A stretch of 64,000 nt of DNA, taken from Bacteroidota bacterium. Lineage in GTDB: Bacteria > Bacteroidota > Bacteroidia > Bacteroidales > UBA10428. Where the stretch lies: NCBI GenBank assembly GCA_016699695.1, contig CP065006.1:3037435-3101434 (forward strand). Direction: 5' to 3'. The first letter of the stretch is position 1. Each line of letters begins with the position of its first letter. Position numbers and translations under genes: made by a program. Of the stretch, positions 40,049-49,215 are shown piece by piece. A model generated the notes under the pieces. It saw only the letters and a program-made list of their open reading frames with translations. It was not told the DNA's origin and ran no database searches.

Positions 40049-41263
40049 ATGCGCAATATTGAAAGAATAAGCGAAGATTTGGGAGCTAACTACCATCAAA
40101 TGCAGCACTTTATAACTGAGTCTAACTGGGATCATCGAGTTTTGATAAATCAAGTAGCCCAGGAAGTAAGCCAGGTTTTACCCAAAAGAAAACTTACAGG
40201 ATTGATTATTGATGAAAGTGGTTGGGTAAAAAAAGGCGACCATAGCGTAGGCGTTGGACATCAATATTGTGGGAATGTAGGGAAACTATCAAATAGTCAG
40301 GTTGCGGTATTTGCTTGTTTAAGTAATGGGGATTTTGCATCAATGGTTGATGCCCGACTATACCTTCCCAAGGCTTGGTGTGACGACAAGACAAGATGCG
40401 AAAAAGCAGGCGTTCCTGTAAAGCACCGAACATTTAAAACTAAGCTCGAACTGGCATTAGAAATTATTCGCCAGCAAGTAACCAATGGCATCATCTTCGA
40501 TTTTATTGGAGGCGATGGTTATTATGGTAACGATGTGGATTTTGCCAGCAGCATAGATTTGCTTGGTTATCTGTACATGCTGGATATCCATAAAGACCAA
40601 AAAATATATTTGGAACGTCCTGACTTGGCTATTCCCGAGCGAAAAAGCAATAAGGGTCGTGAACCCAAGAAATTAAAAGCAACTACAGACGAATTAAGTG
40701 TATCAAAATATTTACAGACTTTAAATGACGAAAATTGGCAGCGTATTAGTGTTCGTAATACAGCCAAAGGAGTTCTTGTAGCTGACTATCATTTTATAAA
40801 GCTTTGGATAATCAATAACAGTAAAATGCAAGTAGAGCAAAGGTTACTGGTTATCCGTAAAACGAAAACCAAAGAAGGCAAGGACGAAATAAAATATTCT
40901 TTTACCAATGCTAATCTTGAACAATACACTAAGAAAGCTATAGCCTATATGCAAGCACAACGGTACTTTGTAGAACATTGCATAAAAGAATCAAAACAGA
41001 TACTCGGGCTAGACCAGTTTCAGACACGAAAATGGCTTGCATGGCAACACCAGGTTGCATTAAACTTTTTGGTCTCGTCATTTATTTTAAAAGAAAAATT
41101 GCATTGCTTTGATGATTTACCTTTACTATCGGCTCGTGATATTAAAGAATTTATCACTTTTAAACTTTATAAACAGATGACCGAAGAACAAATGATTGAT
41201 AGAATTTATGACCGGCATTTAAAACGACAGCGTGATATAAATTACTCATATTCAAAATTGTAA
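40049..41263 (+). CDS. IS701-family DDE transposase (N-terminus apparently disrupted; frame open from 39824)
   Basis: 404 aa from the first in-frame ATG. HFITESNWD and IIDESGWVKKGDHSVGVGHQYCGNVGKLSNSQV blocks are typical of IS701-type transposases. Homologous-looking sequence continues upstream without an ATG. Confidence 0.8.
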   Translation: MRNIERISEDLGANYHQMQHFITESNWDHRVLINQVAQEVSQVLPKRKLTGLIIDESGWVKKGDHSVGVGHQYCGNVGKLSNSQVAVFACLSNGDFASMVDARLYLPKAWCDDKTRCEKAGVPVKHRTFKTKLELALEIIRQQVTNGIIFDFIGGDGYYGNDVDFASSIDLLGYLYMLDIHKDQKIYLERPDLAIPERKSNKGREPKKLKATTDELSVSKYLQTLNDENWQRISVRNTAKGVLVADYHFIKLWIINNSKMQVEQRLLVIRKTKTKEGKDEIKYSFTNANLEQYTKKAIAYMQAQRYFVEHCIKESKQILGLDQFQTRKWLAWQHQVALNFLVSSFILKEKLHCFDDLPLLSARDIKEFITFKLYKQMTEEQMIDRIYDRHLKRQRDINYSYSKL

Positions 41264-41283
41264 ATCTGTTAAAGTAGAATTAA
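41263..41283. repeat. Right terminal inverted repeat of the IS
   Basis: AATCTGTTAAAGTAGAATTAA is the exact reverse complement of 39779..39799. Confidence 0.9.
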
Positions 41284-41396
41284 GTATTTTCCGATTGATT
41301 TTGTGTGCAGATCACCTAACTGGCAGGCTGCATTGGTGCCTTCTTTTGGCATACAACCGAACGGAATAATGCAATCTTAGAATATAGTGTTTCGGC

Positions 41397-42149
41397 TTAA
41401 AACAGATTAAAGAGCTTTGCCGTGGAAAGCAACAAACCAGCAATAAGTATGTACCTGATGTATTGAGGACCCCATTTCATGGCGGTTTTAGCTGCTACCC
41501 ATGCACCTAGCACATTTCCAATGGCCAGAACAAAGCCCATAAGGTAATCGACCTGATTGGTGAGCATAAAAATGATAAGTGCAAGCGGAGTAAAAAGCAG
41601 CACCAGCAATACCTTTAAAGCATTCGATTTTAATAAATCCATTCCATTAATGAGCACGAGGGCTGCCAGCATAAAGTAACCCACACCCACCTGGATAAAT
41701 CCACCGTACATTCCAATGGCAAAAAACACCAGCACATTCACCCAGTGCGATTTCGAGCTTACCAGGCCGGCTCTCGATTTAATCCAGATGTCGGGCTTAA
41801 ACAGAACAATAAGAAGAATGAAGATGAGTATAAAGCCAATTACCTGCTGCATCAGAGCCTCGTTAATGTTCACAGCAAGAATAGCCCCCGGGATGGTGCC
41901 CAGGATGGAAGGGATGATGAGCCAGAGGTTTTCGCGGGTACTAAGTACATTGCTTTTTTTAAATTCGGCAGTGGCTACCAGCGATTGAAAAAGTATGGCA
42001 ATTCGGTTGGTGCCATTGGCCACATTGGCAGGCATTCCGGTAAAAATAAGCATGGGAAGTGAAAGGGCCGAACCGCCACCGGCTAGTGTATTGATAAAAC
42101 CAGCCACAAAACCAATGCCTACAACCGCAAGGTAAATGTACCACTCCAT
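41397..42149 (-). CDS. TauE/SafE (TSUP) family sulfite/anion exporter
   Basis: 250 aa with about 8 TM segments and GGGS.LSLPML and N.TNR motifs typical of TSUP proteins. Confidence 0.85.
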   Translation of the reverse strand: MEWYIYLAVVGIGFVAGFINTLAGGGSALSLPMLIFTGMPANVANGTNRIAILFQSLVATAEFKKSNVLSTRENLWLIIPSILGTIPGAILAVNINEALMQQVIGFILIFILLIVLFKPDIWIKSRAGLVSSKSHWVNVLVFFAIGMYGGFIQVGVGYFMLAALVLINGMDLLKSNALKVLLVLLFTPLALIIFMLTNQVDYLMGFVLAIGNVLGAWVAAKTAMKWGPQYIRYILIAGLLLSTAKLFNLF

Positions 42150-42899
42150 TTAGAAACAATTTAAATGTTCCCAAATATAGGCATTATACCTTTTTTTCTG
42201 GCTTTTCCATAACAAGTAAATACCCACAAATATTATGCTTTGCCCTAATGAAAATAGCCACCATTTAAAAGGCCCGGGCATATAAGTTGAGTTTTGTACC
42301 ATTAGTTGGTTAAAAGGGTCTGTTTCCTTCAACTCATTTATAGGTAGTTGTTGTATAAAGAAGAAATAATCGAGCATGAAGGACAATAACAGCACTAAGG
42401 AACCAGTGATAAACAAAAACCAATGAAGTTTTTTCATTCTTATACTTCCTGTTTTTTCCTCCACTTTAAGAATGAGCACTGCAAGCAGTATCATGCTCAG
42501 AGAAATGATAACCGGAGCCAAAACAGGGCCAACCCACAAAAGGGGTATAAGAAACAAGATGTCGGTGGTGAATAAGGATTCGGGCCAGTTTAAAAGCAGT
42601 TTCAGAAATAGGTAATAGAAAATATCCCAAATGGCAAATGAATAGAGAAACCAGGCAAACCGGCTGTTAAAGGTACGTCCCGAAAGCCATCCTATGCAAA
42701 CCAGCATAATTAAGGTAGCTAACTCGCGCAACAATTCTGCAGACAATATTTGTTGGCTCATAGCAACCAGGGGAAATTGAAAGCCATCGGGGTAGTAAAT
42801 CTCACGCAGGTAAACCACCACTGCGGTTTCCAGAAACCCCATGGCCAGGCTAAAGATGCCTACAAGAATCAATTTGCGGTTCAGTTCAGAATTATACAT
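42150..42899 (-). CDS. Hypothetical multipass membrane protein
   Basis: The start is taken at MYNSELN (42899) to avoid overlapping the upstream gene. It has about 7 hydrophobic segments. Its stop codon directly abuts the TauE start codon. No family recognised. Confidence 0.55.
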   Translation of the reverse strand: MYNSELNRKLILVGIFSLAMGFLETAVVVYLREIYYPDGFQFPLVAMSQQILSAELLRELATLIMLVCIGWLSGRTFNSRFAWFLYSFAIWDIFYYLFLKLLLNWPESLFTTDILFLIPLLWVGPVLAPVIISLSMILLAVLILKVEEKTGSIRMKKLHWFLFITGSLVLLLSFMLDYFFFIQQLPINELKETDPFNQLMVQNSTYMPGPFKWWLFSLGQSIIFVGIYLLWKSQKKRYNAYIWEHLNCF

Positions 42900-42951
42900 T
42901 TTTCCCAATGTGTAAGAATTCTGTGAATTGCCTGCTTTTTCTGGCAACAGA

Positions 42952-45120
42952 TTATTGCAACACAATACGCCCGCTGGCTTTTATTGCAGCTCCCGTATTT
43001 AGTGTGAACAAATATAGTCCTTTCTTATAAGCTAGTTGTGAGGCTGTAATCTCAATTTCATTCGCACCAGTATGGCCTTCAAGCCTGGTTTCGAAAACCA
43101 ACTGACCTAAATAATTGTATACATGAAATGTTACAGGAGAGGCATTGTCGAGCATAAACTTCAGACTTGTGCTGGTTGTAAACGGATTGGGGTATAGGCT
43201 GATATTGTTATTTGCCAGACTGTTCTCGTAAAGGGTATTGATGGTCTCAAAATTTGCAATCTCGCTATCCATCCATGTGAGACGACTGCTGATCCAGCTT
43301 TTTAAATAATCGATTTCTGCCGGAAAGCTTCCACCAACAAAGGCGTTGGGCCAAACATATTGATCCAGTATCGGGTAGGTTTCGAAATTTCGTTGTTGCG
43401 CATTGTTAATCCGATCAGCAACAGAATCGATGTAGTTATGGATGGTATTCACACTAAAAACCCCAGCTCTCAATTGGTTCCAGCGTTGTTTTAATTGTCC
43501 GCGGTAGAGTGGGTCTTCGAGCAATCTTTCCCACCAATAAGGAGGTTGAAAATAATCTCCTTCAGCTACCGATTCATACATCCATCCCGATGTATTCCAT
43601 CCATCGTAATAATCTGCATTGCCAAATGCAAGGTTAAAATCCCACAAGGGACCCATGGTGAGCTTCCCATTCTTGCTATCTTTGTCTTTGTACATAAAAG
43701 CACTCAAACGGTAAGCATCTACATTTTTGCTTAGTTCGTTGATCAGAAAATAATCGATAAAAGAGGCTACATCGATGTAGGCTGCATAACCTGTTTCGGG
43801 ATTGGCAAACTGACTGCTGTTAAGGGTGTTTTCGAAAGATGTGACATAATTGCGGATATAGTCTCTTTGCACCGCAGGCATATCGGCATAATCGGGGTAG
43901 ATGTAGTTAATCACAATTTCTCCCCATCCGTTCATTCCCGGGTAGGGCGATATCCAAAAGTCTTCAGCCCGGTCGATGCTTACAATATACCCTCCTGTAA
44001 GGTCATCACCAGTAATTTCATCTGGGTTCAGGGTGCTAATGTTTACACGGAATTTGTCTTTTTTGATTTTTTCCATCAACACATATACTCCTGTATAGTT
44101 TTCGTTGATAAACAATTCGCAGAAGCTTGTACGAGGGGCATAACGTCCCATGGAATTGCCCAGATAGAAGGTAAGTACGTTGCGCATAAGGCTTTTGTCG
44201 GAGTAGGGGCCATGGAGTACCCAATCGTTGTCGGCTGGCATACCCAAAAGTGAAGCATTGTTGTTGGCTCCTAATGAATCGCGTGTTTCGAGTCCATAAT
44301 TTTTCTTTTCGAATGATTGCGAGGAGCTTCCTCTTGTTTCTATGCCAATAAATCCGTCATATTCGTTGGGTGCATCTGTTGGCTGGTTCAGGCCATTCGG
44401 GTTGTCGATGATGCCCATGGTGGCAGTAATTTTTGGCTCATCGGGAATTTCTATTCCCTGTGTGTTGATTTTCACAATGGGTAGATCACCTTCACTAAAA
44501 CCATAGGGTGGCAGAAAATAGTCTGCAGTTTCGTTGTATTGAAGCGTTTCGCCGGCAATCAGTGCATTTAGAAATACAATGGCCGTAAGGTCCGATGAAT
44601 TGATGCCCTGGTTGATAAACTGCAAAGCCAGCAGGTTATTACCTTCCTGAAGCATTGAAGTTTCAAAGATAAATCGCACTGGTTTGCCCCCCTGATACAT
44701 GAATGCTTCATGTCCATCGGTTAATACACTATTAAAAACCGGTATAGTTTCCGCTACATTCGAAGAGCGGGCTATTTCGATTCCGTTAAGATAGGCTACA
44801 AATCCATCATCATAGTCCACATCCAAATGGCATTCGAGTATGTCGTTAAGACTGTTTACCTGAAATGTTTGCAAAAGATATACTGAGTTTATTGCCGGTA
44901 TGATAGTGGCATCGTCGTCATCGCCATAACCAATTCCACCCGGACCTGTTTGCCAGGAAGAAGCATCGAAGCCAGGCAGATTCCATCCCGAAGGTGGTGC
45001 CGAGGTGGCCGGCAAATATTGCCAATTGTCACTGGCAAGTACAATAGTTTCCCAATGGTTTTGAGAATATGCAGAAACACTCCAAATGAAAATGGAAAAA
45101 GCAAAAATGAATCGAAGCAT
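42952..45120 (-). CDS. Secreted CotH kinase-like family protein with T9SS C-terminal sorting domain
   Basis: 722 aa with a signal peptide (SVSAYSQ). CotH-like core blocks are FCELFINENYTGVYVLMEKI and GPLWDFNLAFGN. The C-terminus is LYPNPF...GLYLFTL...GRIVLQ. Confidence 0.8.
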   Translation of the reverse strand: MLRFIFAFSIFIWSVSAYSQNHWETIVLASDNWQYLPATSAPPSGWNLPGFDASSWQTGPGGIGYGDDDDATIIPAINSVYLLQTFQVNSLNDILECHLDVDYDDGFVAYLNGIEIARSSNVAETIPVFNSVLTDGHEAFMYQGGKPVRFIFETSMLQEGNNLLALQFINQGINSSDLTAIVFLNALIAGETLQYNETADYFLPPYGFSEGDLPIVKINTQGIEIPDEPKITATMGIIDNPNGLNQPTDAPNEYDGFIGIETRGSSSQSFEKKNYGLETRDSLGANNNASLLGMPADNDWVLHGPYSDKSLMRNVLTFYLGNSMGRYAPRTSFCELFINENYTGVYVLMEKIKKDKFRVNISTLNPDEITGDDLTGGYIVSIDRAEDFWISPYPGMNGWGEIVINYIYPDYADMPAVQRDYIRNYVTSFENTLNSSQFANPETGYAAYIDVASFIDYFLINELSKNVDAYRLSAFMYKDKDSKNGKLTMGPLWDFNLAFGNADYYDGWNTSGWMYESVAEGDYFQPPYWWERLLEDPLYRGQLKQRWNQLRAGVFSVNTIHNYIDSVADRINNAQQRNFETYPILDQYVWPNAFVGGSFPAEIDYLKSWISSRLTWMDSEIANFETINTLYENSLANNNISLYPNPFTTSTSLKFMLDNASPVTFHVYNYLGQLVFETRLEGHTGANEIEITASQLAYKKGLYLFTLNTGAAIKASGRIVLQ

Positions 45121-45294
45121 GCGAAAGAGTTTTAGTGTTCTACGGAACAGGAAGGTTTTGGTTTAGATTCGGAACAAAGAAGTGCAAAAGTACCCACAAT
45201 TCATATACATCCTCAAACAAAAAATGTAACCCTCTCTTTCAATTATTGCACCGTGAAAAATATAGACTAACTTTAAGCAAACAAACTGAAAAAA

Positions 45295-45750
45295 ATGAAA
45301 GCACCAAATCTGGAAGTTAAAATAGGCGTAGGGATAGACGAATTTCTATTTGGAATTTCGCGCGAAATATTGAAGGAAAAAATGGGCGAGCCGGATGAAA
45401 TTGAAGAGAATGACGAAGGCGACGAAGAAGAAGGAAAAATTGAAATCTGGCATTATGATGATTTAGAATGTTCGGTTGAATTTATTGAAGGGAATAACTG
45501 GCAATTGTCTGCCATTGCCATCAATTCTGAAGAATGCACCATGGCCGGTGTAAAGATTATGGGAAAAACCCTGGGCGAAATTACCAGCCTGATTGATGCC
45601 CTTAGCCTGGGCGAATATGAATCGGAAAAAATTGATGTGGGCGATGGAAACGACATTGTGTTGCTCAGTGTATTCGATGCCGGTCTGAACTTTTGGTTCG
45701 AGGCGGGTATACTCACTGAATTGCAAATGGTGGAGACCGGTGAGGAATAA
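45295..45750 (+). CDS. Hypothetical acidic cytoplasmic protein
   Basis: 151 aa and Asp/Glu-rich (EPDEIEENDEGDEEEGK). Preferred over the antisense ORF 45463..45888, which looks like low-complexity junk. Confidence 0.5.
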   Translation: MKAPNLEVKIGVGIDEFLFGISREILKEKMGEPDEIEENDEGDEEEGKIEIWHYDDLECSVEFIEGNNWQLSAIAINSEECTMAGVKIMGKTLGEITSLIDALSLGEYESEKIDVGDGNDIVLLSVFDAGLNFWFEAGILTELQMVETGEE

Positions 45751-45831
45751 CACCGACATTTTTGAATCTTGAGATACGAATTGCCGTTTACACGATATAA
45801 TTGTGTATATTAGAAGTATAGGTTTTATTTC

Positions 45832-48800
45832 ATGACAAAGGCAATTTGGCGTTTCGTAGTTTTCATTATTTTTCTGCTCTTTTTCCAATTAGCGACTAAC
45901 AAGCTTCAGAGCCAGGAAGTGGCCTTCGATATGCAATTCAGGCATATTACAGAGGAGAATGGTTTGGCCAATAATATTGTGAGCGACATTGTTCAGGATT
46001 CATCTGGTTTTTTGTGGTTTGGTACGCTCGATGGTTTATGCCGGTACGATGGCTACACGATGAAAATTTACAGGCAATCTGATGACCCGAACTCACTTTG
46101 CGATAACTACATTCTGGATGTATTTCTTGATAAGCAACACATCCTTTGGATAGGTACCAACAGTGGGGGCCTTTCCCGTTTCGACCCTTCAACAGAAAAT
46201 TTTACAACCTATACCATGTCGGGAGACCACCCTCTTGCCAGCAACCGGGTTACACGCATTGTGCAAGATCGTTCAGGTTTTTTGTGGCTTTCCACTTTTT
46301 TTGGGGGTCTTACCCGTCTTGATCCCCTTACCGGCCAAACTTTGATTTTTGAAGCCAGTGCTACCGAGGGCAACAGCATTAGCAGTAATCTAACTACCGA
46401 AGTACTTGTGGATAACGATGGTAGCATTTGGGTAGGTACTCAAGACCAGGGACTGAACCATTTCGACCCCCAAACCTCCATTTTTACTTGTTATAAGCAA
46501 ATTCCTGGCGACCCTTTAAGCCTTAAAAGCAATGAAATATATTCGCTATATCTGAACAAACAGGGGCAAATAATGGTAGGCACACACTCGGGTCTATCGG
46601 TATTTGACCGTTCATCCGGGTCCTTTCAAAACCAATTCGAATACGGTATTAATGATATAAAAGAGTTTGATGGTTATTACATTTACGCCACGCTATTTGG
46701 ACTTGTAAAGCAGAAAAAGCTTCAATCTGAATCTAAAGTCTATATTCACAGCGAAAATATTCCTGCTAGTCTAAGCCATAACGATATAATAAGCATTTTT
46801 TCCGATAAATCAGGAATCCTTTATTTGGGTACTGGTGGTGGAGGAGTAAACGTATTTTATCAATCGACCAAGAAAATCCTTACATATAGCCACAATTCTA
46901 ATCTTCCAAATTCATTAAGCTCCAATATTGTGAGAGGATTTACAGAAGATGCAGAAGGAAATATCTGGGTTGTGACCATGAGTGGAGGTATTAATATTTT
47001 CGAACCCAAACCGGGCTATTTCCATTCTCTTGCCATGGGCAATTACAAAGGTATTCACCTGAATGTGTTCTCGACATTGTGCGCCTATGCTGACTTGCGC
47101 AAGAATATCTGGGTTGGCACCTGGGGAGAAGGGGTTTATATGCTTCCTCAGGGTAAAAAGGAATTTGTAAACCTGCGCAGAGAAAAGAATCAGGAAAACA
47201 CGCTTTTGTCGGATATCGTACATGCTTTTTACGACGATGGTTTTGGCAATATTTGGATTGGAACCGAAGACGGATTGAGTATCTACAACCCTTCCAGCCA
47301 ATCGTACCGTAACTTTACCCAGTTTTCAGCAGACAATCAGTCCATTACCCAATACAGTGTGCAGAGCAATTGCATTTTAAGTGATGCCTTTGGAAATTTT
47401 TGGGTGGGTACCTACGGCGGGCTCAATCATTTTATTCGCGAAAGAAAAACCGATAATCCTTTTACCGACAACTTCAGGGTAGTGAAATATGCCAAGGAAG
47501 GTGAAGAAGGAGTTCGATTGAATGACGAAAGGATAATCAGCATTCATCATAATCCGGAAATTGACAAGCAAAGCATATTTGTGGGTACCTATGGTGGCGG
47601 CTTGCAGGTAATAAAACTAAATGCAACAGGCGATTCGGTGGAGAGTATCAGGCAATATACCGACAAGGATGGTTTGCCCAACAATGTTATTTTTACCCTG
47701 TTGTCGGACGAAAGTGGTAATCTTTGGATGAGCACCAACAAAGGCCTTGCCCGGTTTAATCCCAATACCCTCGAAGTGAACACCTACGATCGTCATGATG
47801 GTTTACAGGGCGATCAGTTTTATTGGGGTGCAGGATATAAAAATTCCTTAGATGAGTTTTATTTTGGCGGAATTAACGGGTTTAGCCGATTCCAGCCTCA
47901 GCATATCCTCCTCGATCAATATCTTCCAGCGGTGGTAATCACAGAAATGCGCATTGCGAATAAACCAGTTCTGATTGGCGAGGAAATTAACGGAAAAATT
48001 ATCCTTACAAAAGACATCAATAAAATGGACAAAGTGGTACTCAGCTACCACGAAAATATTTTCTCCTTCGAATTTGCAGCCTTACATTACGCTTTTCCTC
48101 AAGACAACGCATATGAATATATGCTCGAAGGTTTTGAAAAGGAGTTTAATCGAATTGAATCTGCTCACCGTTTGGCTACTTACACCAATTTAAATCCGGG
48201 TGAATATGTGTTTCGTGTACGGGCCTCCAACCACGATGGTGTTTGGAACCCAACAGAGAAAACTTTACGGATAGTAATTACCCCTCCTTTCTGGAAAACT
48301 TTGTGGTTTAGGTTGATGGTATTACTTACAATAGCAGGTTTAATTATTCTGATTTACCTGCGCCGGGTGGCACAGATCCAAGCACAGAGTGTTCAGCTTG
48401 GCCTGCTTGTAGAAAAGAAAACTCAGGAACTTGCCGATAAAAACAGTGAGCTGGAGGTTCAGGCAAAGGTGCTCGAAAATGCCAATACTGAACTTACGAG
48501 AAGCAATGCCACCAAGGATAAGTTTTTTTCTATTATTGCGCATGATTTGAAAAATCCTATCAATGTTTTGCTTGGCTTTGCCGATTTGTTGCAAGCAAAT
48601 TACGATCAATACGATGACGTAAAAAGAAAAAGATTTATTTCGCTGATTGTCGATTCAACGGAAAAACTCAACAACCTTACCGACAACCTGCTTACCTGGT
48701 CCAGGAGTCAGGCCGGCCACATTCGTTACCATTTTCAGCCTATCAATATCACAGCACTTATTGAGGAGAATATTCACCTCTTTCAGGAAGTGGTAAAAAA

Positions 48801-49200
48801 GAAAAAGATTCATATTGATTTTCTTCAGAAAAACAATGCTTTCCATGCCCTTGTCGATACACAATCGATGGCTACTGTGCTACGAAACTTGTTGGCCAAT
48901 GCCATCAAATTTACTCCTGCCGATGGCAGGGTAGAAATAGATATTATTCCCAATACCGGGCAAAAAGAGCTTCTCATCAAAGTGAGTGATACAGGAGTAG
49001 GTATAAGCGATGATCAGCGCGAGAAACTATTTTCTGTTGGTCATTCCTCCACCACACAAGGTACACAAGGGGAGAAAGGTACCGGATTGGGCCTGATACT
49101 CTGTCAGGAATTTGTGGAGGCAAACAAAGGTAAAATCTGGATTGATAGCCTACCGGAGAAAGGCACAACAGTTTCGTTTACATGCCCCTTGGCTGAATAA
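45832..49200 (+). CDS. Sensor histidine kinase with periplasmic two-component-regulator propeller repeats and Y_Y_Y domain
   Basis: 1122 aa with repeated G.LW.GT..GL..FD motifs, Y_Y_Y-like YEYMLEGF...YVFRVRA, a TM (LMVLLTIAGLIILIYL), HisKA (IIAHDLKNPIN) and HATPase (GTGLGL). There is no receiver or HTH domain. Confidence 0.85.
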   Translation: MTKAIWRFVVFIIFLLFFQLATNKLQSQEVAFDMQFRHITEENGLANNIVSDIVQDSSGFLWFGTLDGLCRYDGYTMKIYRQSDDPNSLCDNYILDVFLDKQHILWIGTNSGGLSRFDPSTENFTTYTMSGDHPLASNRVTRIVQDRSGFLWLSTFFGGLTRLDPLTGQTLIFEASATEGNSISSNLTTEVLVDNDGSIWVGTQDQGLNHFDPQTSIFTCYKQIPGDPLSLKSNEIYSLYLNKQGQIMVGTHSGLSVFDRSSGSFQNQFEYGINDIKEFDGYYIYATLFGLVKQKKLQSESKVYIHSENIPASLSHNDIISIFSDKSGILYLGTGGGGVNVFYQSTKKILTYSHNSNLPNSLSSNIVRGFTEDAEGNIWVVTMSGGINIFEPKPGYFHSLAMGNYKGIHLNVFSTLCAYADLRKNIWVGTWGEGVYMLPQGKKEFVNLRREKNQENTLLSDIVHAFYDDGFGNIWIGTEDGLSIYNPSSQSYRNFTQFSADNQSITQYSVQSNCILSDAFGNFWVGTYGGLNHFIRERKTDNPFTDNFRVVKYAKEGEEGVRLNDERIISIHHNPEIDKQSIFVGTYGGGLQVIKLNATGDSVESIRQYTDKDGLPNNVIFTLLSDESGNLWMSTNKGLARFNPNTLEVNTYDRHDGLQGDQFYWGAGYKNSLDEFYFGGINGFSRFQPQHILLDQYLPAVVITEMRIANKPVLIGEEINGKIILTKDINKMDKVVLSYHENIFSFEFAALHYAFPQDNAYEYMLEGFEKEFNRIESAHRLATYTNLNPGEYVFRVRASNHDGVWNPTEKTLRIVITPPFWKTLWFRLMVLLTIAGLIILIYLRRVAQIQAQSVQLGLLVEKKTQELADKNSELEVQAKVLENANTELTRSNATKDKFFSIIAHDLKNPINVLLGFADLLQANYDQYDDVKRKRFISLIVDSTEKLNNLTDNLLTWSRSQAGHIRYHFQPINITALIEENIHLFQEVVKKKKIHIDFLQKNNAFHALVDTQSMATVLRNLLANAIKFTPADGRVEIDIIPNTGQKELLIKVSDTGVGISDDQREKLFSVGHSSTTQGTQGEKGTGLGLILCQEFVEANKGKIWIDSLPEKGTTVSFTCPLAE

Positions 49201-49215
49201 CTTTGAATCAGCCTC

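Larger units (their letters stand above)
39779..41283 (+). mobile_element. IS701-family insertion sequence (1505 bp)
   Basis: Perfect 21-bp terminal inverted repeats bracket a single DDE transposase ORF. The right repeat overlaps the transposase stop codon. Confidence 0.85.

Noticed and set aside
39774-41288. A target-site duplication flanking the IS.
   Set aside because: The flanks (TTGGT on the left, GTATT on the right) do not match at any length from 2 to 5 nt, whether the ends are taken as 21-bp or 19-bp repeats.
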